DNA of 64,000 nt from Utricularia gibba (taxonomy: Eukaryota > Plantae > Magnoliophyta), in NCBI GenBank assembly GCA_002189035.1, contig NEEC01000004.1, positions 3,038,001 to 3,102,000 of the forward strand, given 5' to 3'. Under the pieces are notes generated by a model that was not told where the DNA came from, did no database searches, and saw nothing but the letters and a program-made list of their open reading frames with translations. Below are positions 1 through 14,600 of this stretch, piece by piece (within the stretch, counting starts at the first letter, position 1; the number at the start of each line of letters is the position of its first letter). A program made the translations under genes and the position numbers.

Positions 1-3000
1 AGGTTGATATACATGTTAATGAGCAACTTGAGGTTGTGCAGAAACATAACAAAAAACTCATTATGAACCAATATGAAAATATTTACTAAATAAAAAATCA
101 AGTTATAAAAATGAAACTTATTTTTACTAATACACATTAAACTTGTTTATTCTATATTTTTTAATTCATTTTTTTTTGTTTTAGATGACCTAACTCATGT
201 TTGAGATTCAATCACACAAAATGAAATTGGAGTATTTGCTATTAGAACAATCGAAATACGGTGGAATTGAGGTGCAAAAATGAACAATTGATTGCCAAAC
301 AAAAAGAATACATCAACCGTCAAGTAGAAATATTAAAATTATTAGAAAAAATAGAGATGCTAGAAGAAGAATTATAAGTTTCTCAATTGCAAGTTCAATG
401 GTATGAAATGATATTACAATTAGTGGTCAACAAAGAGATATGCGCTATACAAGTACATCTACAATCAAAGGCAATGAAAAAGGTAGAGTCACATCCAAGA
501 AAAAAGGAAAATGAAATTAGATATCAATAATATTATTTTTTAGAAATATCGACTTATTTTATAATATTATATTCGAATCACAACAATTTGATTATTTCAT
601 AGGTTCCACCTATTAAAAATTATTCTGCAACATTTTTTGTGAAACAATCTTTCAAAATCTTATAATGCATAGCTGCCATCTCTAATTTTTTGATAAGTAA
701 ACAATGTTTTTTCCAAAAAAATTGAAAATAAAAGACACCCCTACAAATTTAGAAGGACAAAACAAGAATATTTATCTTTTTTTTTTCTGTAAAATTGACT
801 TATTGTGTAGCATTATGTTGGACTTTAACTAAATTGACTCATTTTGTAGATTGTTAATATTAAATTGTTTTGTATCATTTTTTTTATAAAATTGCACTGC
901 GAAATCATTTATTCATAGGTCATGTATCCAATTTTTAACAACTAAATGATTTTTTTCAAAAAAATTTAAAAATTAAAAAAAACAATCATACAACTTTCTA
1001 TTTCTACAAACTCATTTAATTGTAATTTTTAATTTAGTAGTTTCTGAATTCAATTTTTCTTTAAAATGAATAAATTTTTAATTATTATTAATATATTTAA
1101 AATATTTAAAATTATATTATAAATTGTAAATAAGTAAAAAATAATATATAAAAAGTGATTGATTTTCGCATGCAAATCATTTAAGTAAATTTTCTTTTGT
1201 TTTGAATAAACTTAACCATTTATAATATGTTTTCAATTATTTCATATTGTATTATAAATTATAAATAAATAATTGGAATAATAATTAAACATTATAGTTT
1301 TCTTTATTGAAGTGATTATATCTCAAAGAAAATAGTTTTAATATAATTAATGTTTTAAATTTTTTAATTATATAAAAATCACATTATTAAAATAATTCAA
1401 ATATAATAACAAAATAAAATAGATGAATCAAAGCAATGATTGTTTTAATTATTTTGACATGTAGTATTTTATAAATAATATTTATTTTATTGTTATTTAT
1501 TACAAATGTAACTTTTAAGTTATTTCATAAAAAAAGCTCAAAACATTACTCTCTTTTAATTCTCATACTAACAGTTACTTTTTCCTTCATTTCTTTTTAT
1601 CTTTGTTATGTTATTTGTTTTTATCATGCATGTAAACAATCTAATCATCTAATCATTACTATCAATTTCGACATGTCATCTCATGAATAATATACTATTT
1701 ATCCAAATTAATGTTGCATGCATCATAAATCTTGTTGGCATATATTTTATATTTCGTCCTTTTGTGCCTATATTTATTATTAGGATATATATGTACAGGT
1801 GTATAGATTCATCTATTCACATATTTAGGTGCGTCAATTTATGATTTAAAAATTATAGATATGTTAATAATTTCAATTATAATATTGACATTATTCTAAA
1901 TTATTTTTAAAATATAGTAAAATTAATGAAACAAATATTGCAATGAATATGTATATTTTCTCCTGAGATAAATCCAATCGGAATTTGGAAACAAATTTTC
2001 ATAAACTATTTGTGTCATTATTATCATAACCAGAATACATTTCTATAATCATGATTAAATAATTAATTAACATGAATAGATTAAAATTAAATAATCAATA
2101 ATTTATAGATATGATAACATCAAATTTACAAATCCACAAATATAAATTTTAAATAAAAAATTTTACATTCACTAAAAATTAAAGTAATAACCCATTAATG
2201 ATAATCGTCGAATTTTGAATGGCGAATATTAAGCAGTCGATATTAAAATGGGCAAAATTATGATAAAATCAAGTGAATTAGTTAAATAAATAAATAAATA
2301 TTTATTATTTAAATAATGATTAAAAATATGAAAATTAAAATTAAAAAATAACTGCATACAACGAACCCGCACCGGATTCTCCCTACCTGTGCACTGGGTA
2401 CGCGGGAATCAGTGACTCCAACAAATCAATGATTCCCAAATTTTTTTATGCAAAAATACCTTAAATTTTGTAATAATATTAAAAAAAATATTTAACTTAA
2501 TCCCTAATTAGGTGATTCTATCATAAATTAAGATTTCAAAATATATAATAATTGGCATTTAATATTATGTGTATTTCAGGAGGTTGTAGGTGACCAAAAA
2601 ACAAATATTAGAAAAAATACATATACTTTTTAGATACCAACAATCTAAGATATTTTAAAGTATCTGATAATAATTTATTATAAAATATACGATAATTTCC
2701 AAATATTGACAGCCTCCAATTTTATTGCAGCAAATTAATGATTACAATTAATATTATTGCATTTTAGATATTTAAAGATTTATAAATTTCAATATCTATA
2801 TAGTTGAAATAAGTATATAGAATAAATAAGGTGATTGTCTAACCCCAAAAATGGGTTTATCCATCTCTCTACATGAAATATAAGTATAAAAATAAATATG
2901 AATTTTTTTCTTGATTTCTTTATGCTTTGTCCTTATCTTCTAATTTAATAAAGAAAGAATTGTCTTCAACTTTAGAATCATTCGACAATTCCATCTAAAG

Positions 3001-3299
3001 TAACACAAAAATATATCATTTTTTTATTTTATTTTTAGAGTTTTCATAAGTTAACTACTTCTTTGTTTGCTAGAAATCCTTTTTCTTAGTCTTAGTGTGA
3101 TCTACTTCATTGAATTGGAATTCAAAGGAAAGAAGACATGAAGTTTAAATAACTCACCCAAAACACTTTTTAAAAGATTACGGTGTAGAGTAGGTTAAAG
3201 GTAATAAATTTTTAGGTACTATTTAATTTAAGATTTAGTTTATTACTTTTTTTTACCTACAAATACTATGTATGAATTGGGTTCAATAGTAATGATATC

Positions 3300-3750
3300 T
3301 CCCAATGTACCAAAACTTGCTGTTACCCCACCTAGGAGACGTAAGGATTGTTACATAAAATTATTTGAATGATAATCATGTAAGGAAGACGGTATTTGCC
3401 ATTTGCATCAAGCTTAATCTTCTTTGATTGGTTGTGTACTCAATCAAGCGCGTTATTTGTTCTTGACTATGGATCTCATATTACCCGCAAAAATTGAAAA
3501 TCCATAATCCAAATTTCTACCGGAATATCATTTGGTTAGGCCATGCTTGTATGAACAACCATCATTAATCTTCTTTCTTTGATAAGAATTTATATAATTT
3601 TTATCGAGAGATCAAAAATTTCGATCCAGAATGCAATGGGATCTCGAAAGATCATGTCTTCATCCATAGGATTTCAAGTACTGGCATCAATTGAAACTTC
3701 GATTCTTTCTAAATTGCTAATTTTCAAATGATATCCACATTATTCACAAA
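3300..3750 (-). mobile_element. Possible LINE ORF1 (DUF4283-like) relic
   Basis: The minus-strand translation, with stops, contains IAFWIEIFDLSIK and GKYRLPY. These resemble the FW(V/I)QIHxLP and YERLP motifs of plant L1 ORF1. Heavily degraded; boundaries approximate. Confidence 0.3.
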
Positions 3751-4284
3751 TATTCATTTTTGAGTTTAAAAATTTCTTATAATTTAATCCATAACATTTT
3801 TTTGCATTGAATCCACAAATGCTTGTATTTTTGAGTTGTTTGAGATCATTAGCTCTTTCTCTTAGAGTTAAACAATTTATAGCACATCTATCAAAAGTGA
3901 GTAAAATATTATACCTGATTATAACAATCTCGTTTGCAAAATTATATTTTGAAAAAGGTATGCTGAAATTGAAATTGATTGAAAATAAGGTGGTTGAAAT
4001 ACCCATTACAATGACTAAAATTAATAAACTGGATTAATTAATTTTTGTCACAGATCCACTATAAACATTTTGATCTGGGAAAAACCGGCATCACCCCATA
4101 ATAAGCGGCATTACCCCAATTCGCATATAAAAAAAACATTTCATTTACGTTTCCCTCGAATTCCCATAATTATCTCCCACCAAAAATAAGTCTTTCGAGC
4201 AAAATACCAACATGTGAAGAATCACTTATTACACGAGTGAAGATTATCGTATATACCAAACTGCATCGTCTTGACACGTGGGCT

Positions 4285-6917
<2,633 letters not shown>

Positions 6918-8229
6918 CGTTAGCTGCAGAAGTTCAAACTAACAAAAACACACAAGCTGAATAAGATTGCAGGAAAGCAACATAAAATTAACGTTAACCT
7001 TAGAATTACAATCGCCAAATTCGAAAAAAAAGAACTCTTTCTAAAGTCTACCTGATGTTACACCAGGGGAATTCTCGAATGACTCTCCCAATGATGAAAA
7101 TCCGATTCCAGATACCAGCACAACAATAGCCCTTTCATTTCATTCTTAAATAGTTTTTCACTGGAAGAGGGACATTCGAATTTTTCCACCGATTGCAACT
7201 AAAAAAGAAATGAAACTTGCCTTCCACACTCCTATTCCGTTGTCTCTTATTTCAGATATCTTCCGTGCCTACTCTTAAAATGAACTTCACAAAATGAATT
7301 GATAAAATATATTTTAAAATGAAAAATTTGTTATTTTGCATAGTGTGACACTAATTTATAATGGCATATAAATAGCATTTTTTCCCCTTTTGTCTATTTG
7401 GATAAATAGAGTATAATAAAAAATCAAATTAAAATACGTCATTTAATAATAAATTATATATCTAAAAGAAAAATATGTCATTTAATGACATCAATTTCCA
7501 TTAAAATAAAATAGTAACGCGAAATAAAATGAAACATCCAAAAAAGCCATGAACCGACTCCAAATGCTAGAAATGAAAAATGGAGAAAGTAATCAAAAAA
7601 TTGAAATGAAAATAGAAAAAAAAAGGTCCTGTTAGAAATTATATTGTTAAACTAATTTTTATTTTATATTCATGTGTTATTACAGAAGAAGTTCGAAAGG
7701 GTCAAATCTTTGATGATTCCATCATCTATGATGGAGTTGCGAAAACTTCTGGATGGTATCCTACTTATAATATCTGTAAAATGATAAATAATTGTATTTC
7801 GCAAGACTATTTATTTTTTTGATAATGAATAATAAAAATATGTGTGGAGCTGGAGCCATAATCTTTTTGTTAAAACATGTTTGCATCAATGCGCAGTCCC
7901 GTGCGTCCGAGTATTGCAGTGGGACTACCGACACCGACAACCTTGGAGCATCGGCCAGATACAAACCATCGCCGAGTGGAACCGAGTGCCACTTTCTTCA
8001 GAGAACAAAAGGTTGTGAAAAAGTGAGGTGAGGGAGACATCGGAATACCTGAACTACCCCTATTTACCTACTTTCTTCGTTTTTCTTTCCTTATTTATTT
8101 TAGGAATTCAATAGTGTAATTGATACTATAGGTCTATTTGAAAGTGATTCATTTAAATTACTTCCAAAAAGTACTTTTTGAGAAGCATTTTTTTAATAGT
8201 AAAAAAGTGTTTACAAAATATACATCAAG

Positions 8230-8704
8230 AGCATGTGTGGACTCAATAAGTAGTGAAAGGGTGAGTAGAGACAGACTAATCCGGAGGAATATGAAGGAGC
8301 CCGGTGTTATAAGGTGTGAGTGCTTGGCCAACACTCTGATGAAGAAAAGGGGCAATCACATTATGCCTGAATTAGTCTGGAACAAGCTGCCCCTTCATTG
8401 CCCAAAAAAAGGGGAAAAGAAAAAGAAAAAGAAAAAGAGGAGAAGAAAAAATGGGTTGGCAACCGTGATCTTAAGTGACTTTGGAGGGATCAATTCTATA
8501 AGGTATGATCTTCGAAAACACTCCTCAAGAGGAATCTATTTATGCTTATTTGAGTGATGAAATGACATGCACACTTGCACTTCTATAGCTCATGCACCGA
8601 ATTTATTCTCAGTTTTTATGTTCATCGTTGTTGCTGAAGGAACCAGTTTTTTGTTAGTCTTAGGTAGGACTTGGGGACAAGTCTGGTGTCGTTGTAGCAT
8701 AGTG
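8230..8704 (+). mobile_element. 3' internal (UTR) remnant of an Athila-like Ty3/Gypsy element
   Basis: A purine-rich GAAAAA run is followed by the Athila-type CTTGGGGACAAG motif just before the LTR start TGATAA. The junction is homologous to 22921-22968. Confidence 0.65.
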
Positions 8705-10009
8705 TGATAACACACAATTTTCATGTTTTAGAATATGCAAAATTATAAATTTTTAATTATGTTTAAGTGTTTATTTTATAATTTTAAGTGTTTTTATGTA
8801 ATTTAGGAAAATGTGATTTTTAGTGTAATTAGTGGGCTAAATCAAAGGATTTAGCCCACCCCATGTCTAACCCGATTTTGGAGTCTAGCAGCAACCCAAG
8901 AATCAAGGAAAAATTTGGATTTCGTGCAAGTCACCAAGGTGTAGGGGGCAATGAGTACACTGTCATGGCGGCAGTCTGCAAGTCAGGGCCTGGAGCAGCA
9001 GATCGATCAGAGAATGTACTTGCCTTGGACAGTGGGAGGCGAGAGAAAAGATGAGGAGAGAGAGTGAGAGTCGCAAAAAGGGAGATCACCCCTGAATTTT
9101 CAGGGGCACACACGAGGGGGTTTCTCCCCCAACCCCAACTCAAACATGAAGAACACGAAAGGAGAAGGAAGAAGAAAAGGGATTTTTTTGGAGAAGAACC
9201 TCCATCGGGAAGGAAGGCCTTCATCACCAAGAGTAGCACCGGAGTCCAGTTTAGCGCTACTGTTCCTGGATGTGAACAGTAGCTAACGGGCGGAAGAACA
9301 ATCTTTATCTACTTTCCGTTTTCTGAACATTTAGAGTTTCTGCATTTGACTTATTTACAATGTTTATGCCATTTTGGTCAACTTACATGAATGGGTAAAC
9401 CTAAGGAGGGAAACAAGTAGTTTCACAACTTAGATGCTTGGTTTAGAGGTAGACCAACAAACCAAGACGTGAGCAGTCGGTGTTAGTCCAGGATAGAACC
9501 AGTAGAACCAGGTAGACCTAGTTCTATATGCTCTGCATGCGAGTAGACCTAATTGCAATGTTGGTTATGATATTGGGGACTAGCTTAGCCGAAAATATGA
9601 TGAATGACCTGGGTAGACTTAGGTTATTTGAAGTTGTGAGTGTAGGAAGATAATAAATTGAGTTAGGAAGCTTAGCATAACACCACCCACAGACCCTTAA
9701 GGTGTCCTCGTATTAGTCTGAGTCAAAACCAATACCTATTACCCTAGCGTAGAAACCTGATATTGCTTACCTACCCTGTTTACTGAACTTGTTTACCACT
9801 GTTAGTCCCAGCTTAGACTAATACCTACTGTTATCTGAAATTATGCATGTACTAAAACACTTAGCAAGCACAAGCTCTCGTGATCGACCCCGATATCCAC
9901 TATACAAGTTTTCCAAATTTGTATTTTGTGTAGATTAGGGATTATAAATTTATTTGATACGGATTTTCTATTTTTATTTGCAACGATATTAGGAAAAAAC
10001 CGTTTATCA
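8705..10009 (+). mobile_element. Athila-like 3' LTR (copy A, 1305 bp)
   Basis: Termini TGATAAC...CCGTTTATCA. It is strongly similar to solo LTR B (52621-54044), especially 9200-10009 versus 53110-54044. Confidence 0.85.
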
Positions 10010-10109
10010 AGCTCATATCAATGTCACCTTGTTGAGGAATATCAACATTCAAGTATGATATTCATTTAATATGCTCTGAAGTGTTTTTAGTAGCTATTTT
10101 GTAGATAAA

Positions 10110-10720
10110 TAATCTATTTTCTAATGGCTGCTTGTAATTTTAATTTTTGTTTCACCTTTATTGCTACTGGTTGGGAGGGTGCAGCCCATGATTCACGTGT
10201 GCTTAATGCTTCCATTTGTGATTCACAATCTAGAGTGATTAATGCTCATAATAATTATAAGAGTAATGATTCTAATGTCTATATACAGAAAAATACTATC
10301 TCGTATACTGTGGATATGCAAATAAGAAAAAGATTTTTAGCACTATATAGGAGGGAGAGATATCATCTTCTAGAATTTTATCAAAATCTTTTGTTGAGAA
10401 ATGAAAGAGAGCTATTTAATTTTATACGTTCGTTAATTCTAAGTTCGATTGGAAGATCATTTGGATAGGGAAGAAGAAATTCAACCTAGTAATTAGCTTC
10501 CTTCACCATTTTCTTGGAGTGCACAAGTTAGGTTTGTGATCATCACATTGGCTCTGCACAACTTTATTTGAATCATGAACACGGATTATCCGAACTTTTT
10601 AATTGATATGGAAGAGTATGTTGACCAAGATCCCATTGATGATTCAAATGATAATCAAGATGATTCAATGGATTTTCTAAGAGATATGATCCGAATGAAG
10701 TGGAAGTAGACAGAAGTTAG
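10110..10720 (+). mobile_element. PIF/Harbinger DDE transposase relic
   Basis: MAACNFNFCFTFIATGWEGAAHDSRVL, then RFLALYRRERYHL and RELFN match the Harbinger nuclease motifs GWEGSAHDSRVL, GFLAPYRGxRYHL and ELFNxRH. Degraded. Confidence 0.8.
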
Positions 10721-10984
10721 AGGCATTTTGTTACTAAAAGCTAGTGTTTTTCATTGTTTGATTTTCAAATCTTTTGCTACATGATAGCTACAATCTTGTT
10801 TTGTTTCATTTTGTTAGATATTAGCTAATATGCAATTTTTGTTACATGTTAGATAAAAAAAGACATCATCATTAGACTCAAGTTTGAAATATGCATAATC
10901 CATTAGAATTCAAAACAAAGTCACATGACAACTAAGAAGTTCACATGTTATTCTTGTTATTTGGACATGTTGTTTCTTTAGTAG

Positions 10985-11858
10985 GTCTTACGGAAGATCC
11001 TGCTAAGGTAAGTACTATTTCTGGTTTACCATATCCACGTGATGAAAGAGGTGTTCGTGCATTTTTAGGCCATGTCGGATTTTACAGGAGGTTTATTAAA
11101 GGTTTTTCTCAAATTGCTCGGCCACTAACCAACCTCTTGCAGAAAGACGTTGAGTTTGTTTTTTCAAATGAATGTAAGCATGCTTTTGACACTCTCAAGG
11201 TGGCTGTGATATCAGCTCCTATCATACAAGCACCCAATTGGAATGAGCCATTCCATGTGATGACTAATGCTTCCAACTATGTAGTAGGAGCTGTGTTAGG
11301 CCAGAAACTTGATGGAAAGGATACCGTTATCAGTTATGCCTCCAAGACCTTGGATAATGCTCATGCGAATTACAGTACAACTGAGAAGGAGATGCTAGCG
11401 GTTGTATTTGCCTTGGAAAAGTTCAAAGCTATTTGTTGGGAAACAAAGTGATTGTGCACACAGACCATGCAGTCATCAAGCACCTCATGTCAAAGAAGGA
11501 AACCAAACCGAGGCTTATGAGGTGGGTCTTATTGCTACAAGAGTTCAATGTGGAAATCAGGGATAACCCTGGGAAGCTCAATGAAGTTGCAGAGCACCTC
11601 AGCAGAATCGAGCAACCCATGGATGGTGTACCAATTGTTGAAGAATTTCCAGATGAACAACTCTGTGCGATTAAGGCTGATGCAGGGAAGACTAGTGAAC
11701 TGTGGTACGCTGATATAGCCAACTATCTGTGCACTGGAGAGATGGCATTGGACTTAAAGAGTTATGAGAAGTTGAAGTTGAAAAGTGAGAGTAAGCACTA
11801 TTTTTCGGAAAACCTCTATCTGTGGAAAAATTATGCTGATGGTGTGGTGCGACGATGT
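10985..11858 (+). mobile_element. Athila-type Gypsy pol fragment (RT C-terminus, RNase H, start of integrase), frameshifted
   Basis: [88 protein letters not shown] and WYADIANYL. There is a frameshift near 11430. Confidence 0.92.
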
Positions 11859-11859
11859 T

Positions 11860-12660
11860 TGGTTCTCAACTTGGTTCTTGATTGATTGGGTCATGAAAGT
11901 CTTCAAAATATCCTCCAATGAACTTCCAGAATTTCCTCCAGAATTATTCTGGTTTGGAGGCTGAAATTGCTGTTGCATCTGCTGGTATGGCTTACGAAAT
12001 GGTGGAGCTTAATAAGAACGTTATTGTTGCTCCTGGAAATTTTGCTAAAATCCTTGCTGTCCAGTAGATGAACTCTCACCCTTGTAAGAGTTATCATTGT
12101 TACTCCATCTGAAATTTGGATGATCCCTCCACCCTAGGTTGTAGGTGTTCGAATAGGGATCATATTTCTTCCTTTCTGACTCCATATATCCCATAGCTTT
12201 CACATGCTCCTCCTCCATCAATTCGAGACATTTATCAGCAATGTGTCCCATTCTATGGCATTTCCTGCAAGGCATATTCTTAGCTTGGAATATAAATAAT
12301 TTCTTCATCATTTCAGACATTGCAGCCACATTTTTCATCAGCTCACTTTCTGATGACTTTGGCTTCCATTCCAGTTCATAAACTCTTCTGTTTGAGGCCT
12401 TTTTTCTAATTATATATCTGGAGTGTTCAGCCAACTCCTCAAGTAATGCAAGAGCTTCTGTGGGGGTCTTTTTTCTCAAAAACCCACTTGCTGCAGAATC
12501 CACCATTGCTCTATCTGTGAATAGAAGTCCATCATAAAAATATTTGACCAATGCATTTGTCTGAAATCCATGGTGTGGGAAGGATCCTAGCAAATGATTA
12601 AAACGCTCACAATATTCATGTAAGGACTCTCCACTTGTTTGGTGTTCTATAAGTGCGTAG
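11860..12660 (-). mobile_element. Athila-type Gypsy gag fragment
   Basis: Minus strand reads HQTSGESLHEYCERFNHLLGSFPHHGF..LVKYFYDGL..DRAMVDSAASG..KKTPTEA, then CRKCHRMGHIADKC and YDPYSNTYNLGWRDHPNFRW. These are typical Athila Gag motifs. Confidence 0.85.
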
Positions 12661-12769
12661 AGGTTTGTTGTGAAGCTAGTAAAATTTTTAATGGTTTTTC
12701 CATATGTGAATTTCCATTGTTTTTGGCTGTTTGAGAAATATTCTGCTATGTATATTCATGTTGTGTTTG

Positions 12770-13220
12770 CAGGTTGCTACTATCTATGTGATAACCGCTA
12801 CACCAATTGTGATGGCTTCCCAGCTCCATATCATAATGTACCCTATCATGTCAAAGAATGGGGTACTAGAAATTCAGCACCTCAAACTGAGAAAGAGTTC
12901 TTTAACATGCGGCACACCTTAGTGAGAAATGTAATTGAGCGGGCATGGGAAATTTTAAAGGCTCGGTGGGTCATTCTTTGATCAGCGTCCTATTATCCAG
13001 TTCAAACCCAAAGTCACGTTATTTTTGCTTGTGCTTTATTACACAATTTCATAAGAATGAATTTGGCATATGATTCGTTGGAAGCTGAAGTTTCAAAGAA
13101 TTTCACTGAAACTATTGAGCAGGGGGCTGCTAAGTTCCTAACAACTATTGAAACCTCTCCAAAATGGTGTACATGCATGATACTTGTAACAATTATGTGG
13201 AATGAGTATAGGAATAGATA
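12770..13220 (+). mobile_element. PIF/Harbinger transposase, C-terminal exon relic
   Basis: After an AG acceptor: GCYYLCDNRYTNCDGFPAPYH..EFFNMRH..RNVIERAWEILKARWVIL*..IFACALLHNFIR. Confidence 0.85.
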
Positions 13221-13719
13221 GACATTCCTTTTTGTGTTTTTTGTTAACTACCATGTCCAAGATTGAACTTTTGTTGTTTTTAAACATGTGAGAACAGGTT
13301 GCTGTAGAGTGAACAGAAGAATAATATTACTATGTTATATAATATTTCTAAATATTAGTTTCCTTTGACACTACCAGCCATTTGGTGCAATCAGCGGTAG
13401 CCATCAAGATATGAATATACTCATTCATATCCCATGCCAAATGTAGCAATTAGAAAAAAAAAAACACATCTTCATAATATCACCATCTTTAGAAAAATCA
13501 GATTTCTTCACATGGAAACATTCAAAGGAGTCCTCAATATATGAAGCATAAGAGCATATCCATTTCAAATAATGATCTCAATTGTGATAGTCCTGATGGT
13601 GATTCTGCAAGTACACAAAAACCATCAAAGTAATAAAATAAGATCGTATCCATAGGGAATTGTTATTGGAATTTTCTTTTCAAAACAAAGATTTAAAAAG
13701 ACTTTAAACAAATGAAAGA

Positions 13720-14600
13720 TTTGGTTTTGAAGATAATAAGAAAAGTGGTATTGGATCTAGGATCCACCTTACTTGAAACTCGCTCTTGCGTGTGTGCAAA
13801 CCTTGAGAACTGATCTGCTTGCGCAAGCTTTGGGGGTGCTATGCTAAAATAGTGCTACTTGGTAACTGTTATAGCACCGTCCCTTGTTTTGTGGGATTAT
13901 AGAATCAACCACACCACCAGAGCCATTTCACCTCTTGTGATAACCCATGTTTTCCCCACACCCAAATCTAACCCCTACACCTCTCACCTCGCAGATAGAT
14001 TAGACAAAGTGTGCCTTACCAACGATGTCTGACTGAGCCCTTCTCCATAGGTGCTTGGGGCCAAACTTTGATTCTCCCACACTCCCTTAGGGTTATATGG
14101 TACTACAGATCACGTTGGTAAAGAAAACGTTGCGAAAAACAAAATCATACCTCAAATTAAATGCTGAAAAACATAGTAAGATAGTCACACGCACAGAACT
14201 TGCGCAAGCAAAGCTTCACACTAGATCCTTAGCTGCAAGCGCTCACACGCGCATGCTTGACTTTAAACAACAAAAGTTGATGGAAAACGAAAGGAAAGGA
14301 ATCCAAAACATGGTAGACTCGACTCTAAACCCTAATTTGACTCTCTGATAGTCCACGATGACTCTCCCCCTCTAATCTTCGCGTTTGGATCTTTAAATAA
14401 TGGTGGGGACTTGTCGGGCTTTCTTGATGGGCTCCCATCAAATCTTCTATCCGGATCTTCTAAGATTTGATACAAATCTTCTAGGATAAGATCCAAATTT
14501 TCTAAGATAAGATGCGAATCTTATCTTATCCCTTGACCGAGTCTTCGTCTAGATAGACCGAATCTTCGCCTCCATCAAGGTCAACTCGAAAATCCTTCAA
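13720..14600 (-). mobile_element. Possible LTR-retrotransposon 5' remnant (LTR, degenerate PBS, 5' UTR)
   Basis: Minus-strand TGGACTATCAGAG near 14343-14355 resembles the tRNA-iMet PBS TGGTATCAGAGC, next to a repetitive LTR-like segment. No coding domain recognised. Confidence 0.3.

Noticed and set aside
7680-8050. Exon-like GC-richer fragments upstream of AACT
   Set aside because: One splice-flanked segment (about 7687-7756) and short ORFs, but no recognisable protein and no consistent frame.
8688-8704. A real tRNA-Asp gene
   Set aside because: Only the first 17 nt match. There is no anticodon arm, T-arm, B box or 3' acceptor strand, and the match stops at the LTR terminus.
8863-9282. Short Lys/Arg-rich ORFs within LTRs (also 23058-23326, 44342-44533, 52784-53183, 61335-61685)
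   Set aside because: They come from purine-rich LTR sequence, are not conserved in frame between LTR copies, and mostly lack ATG starts.
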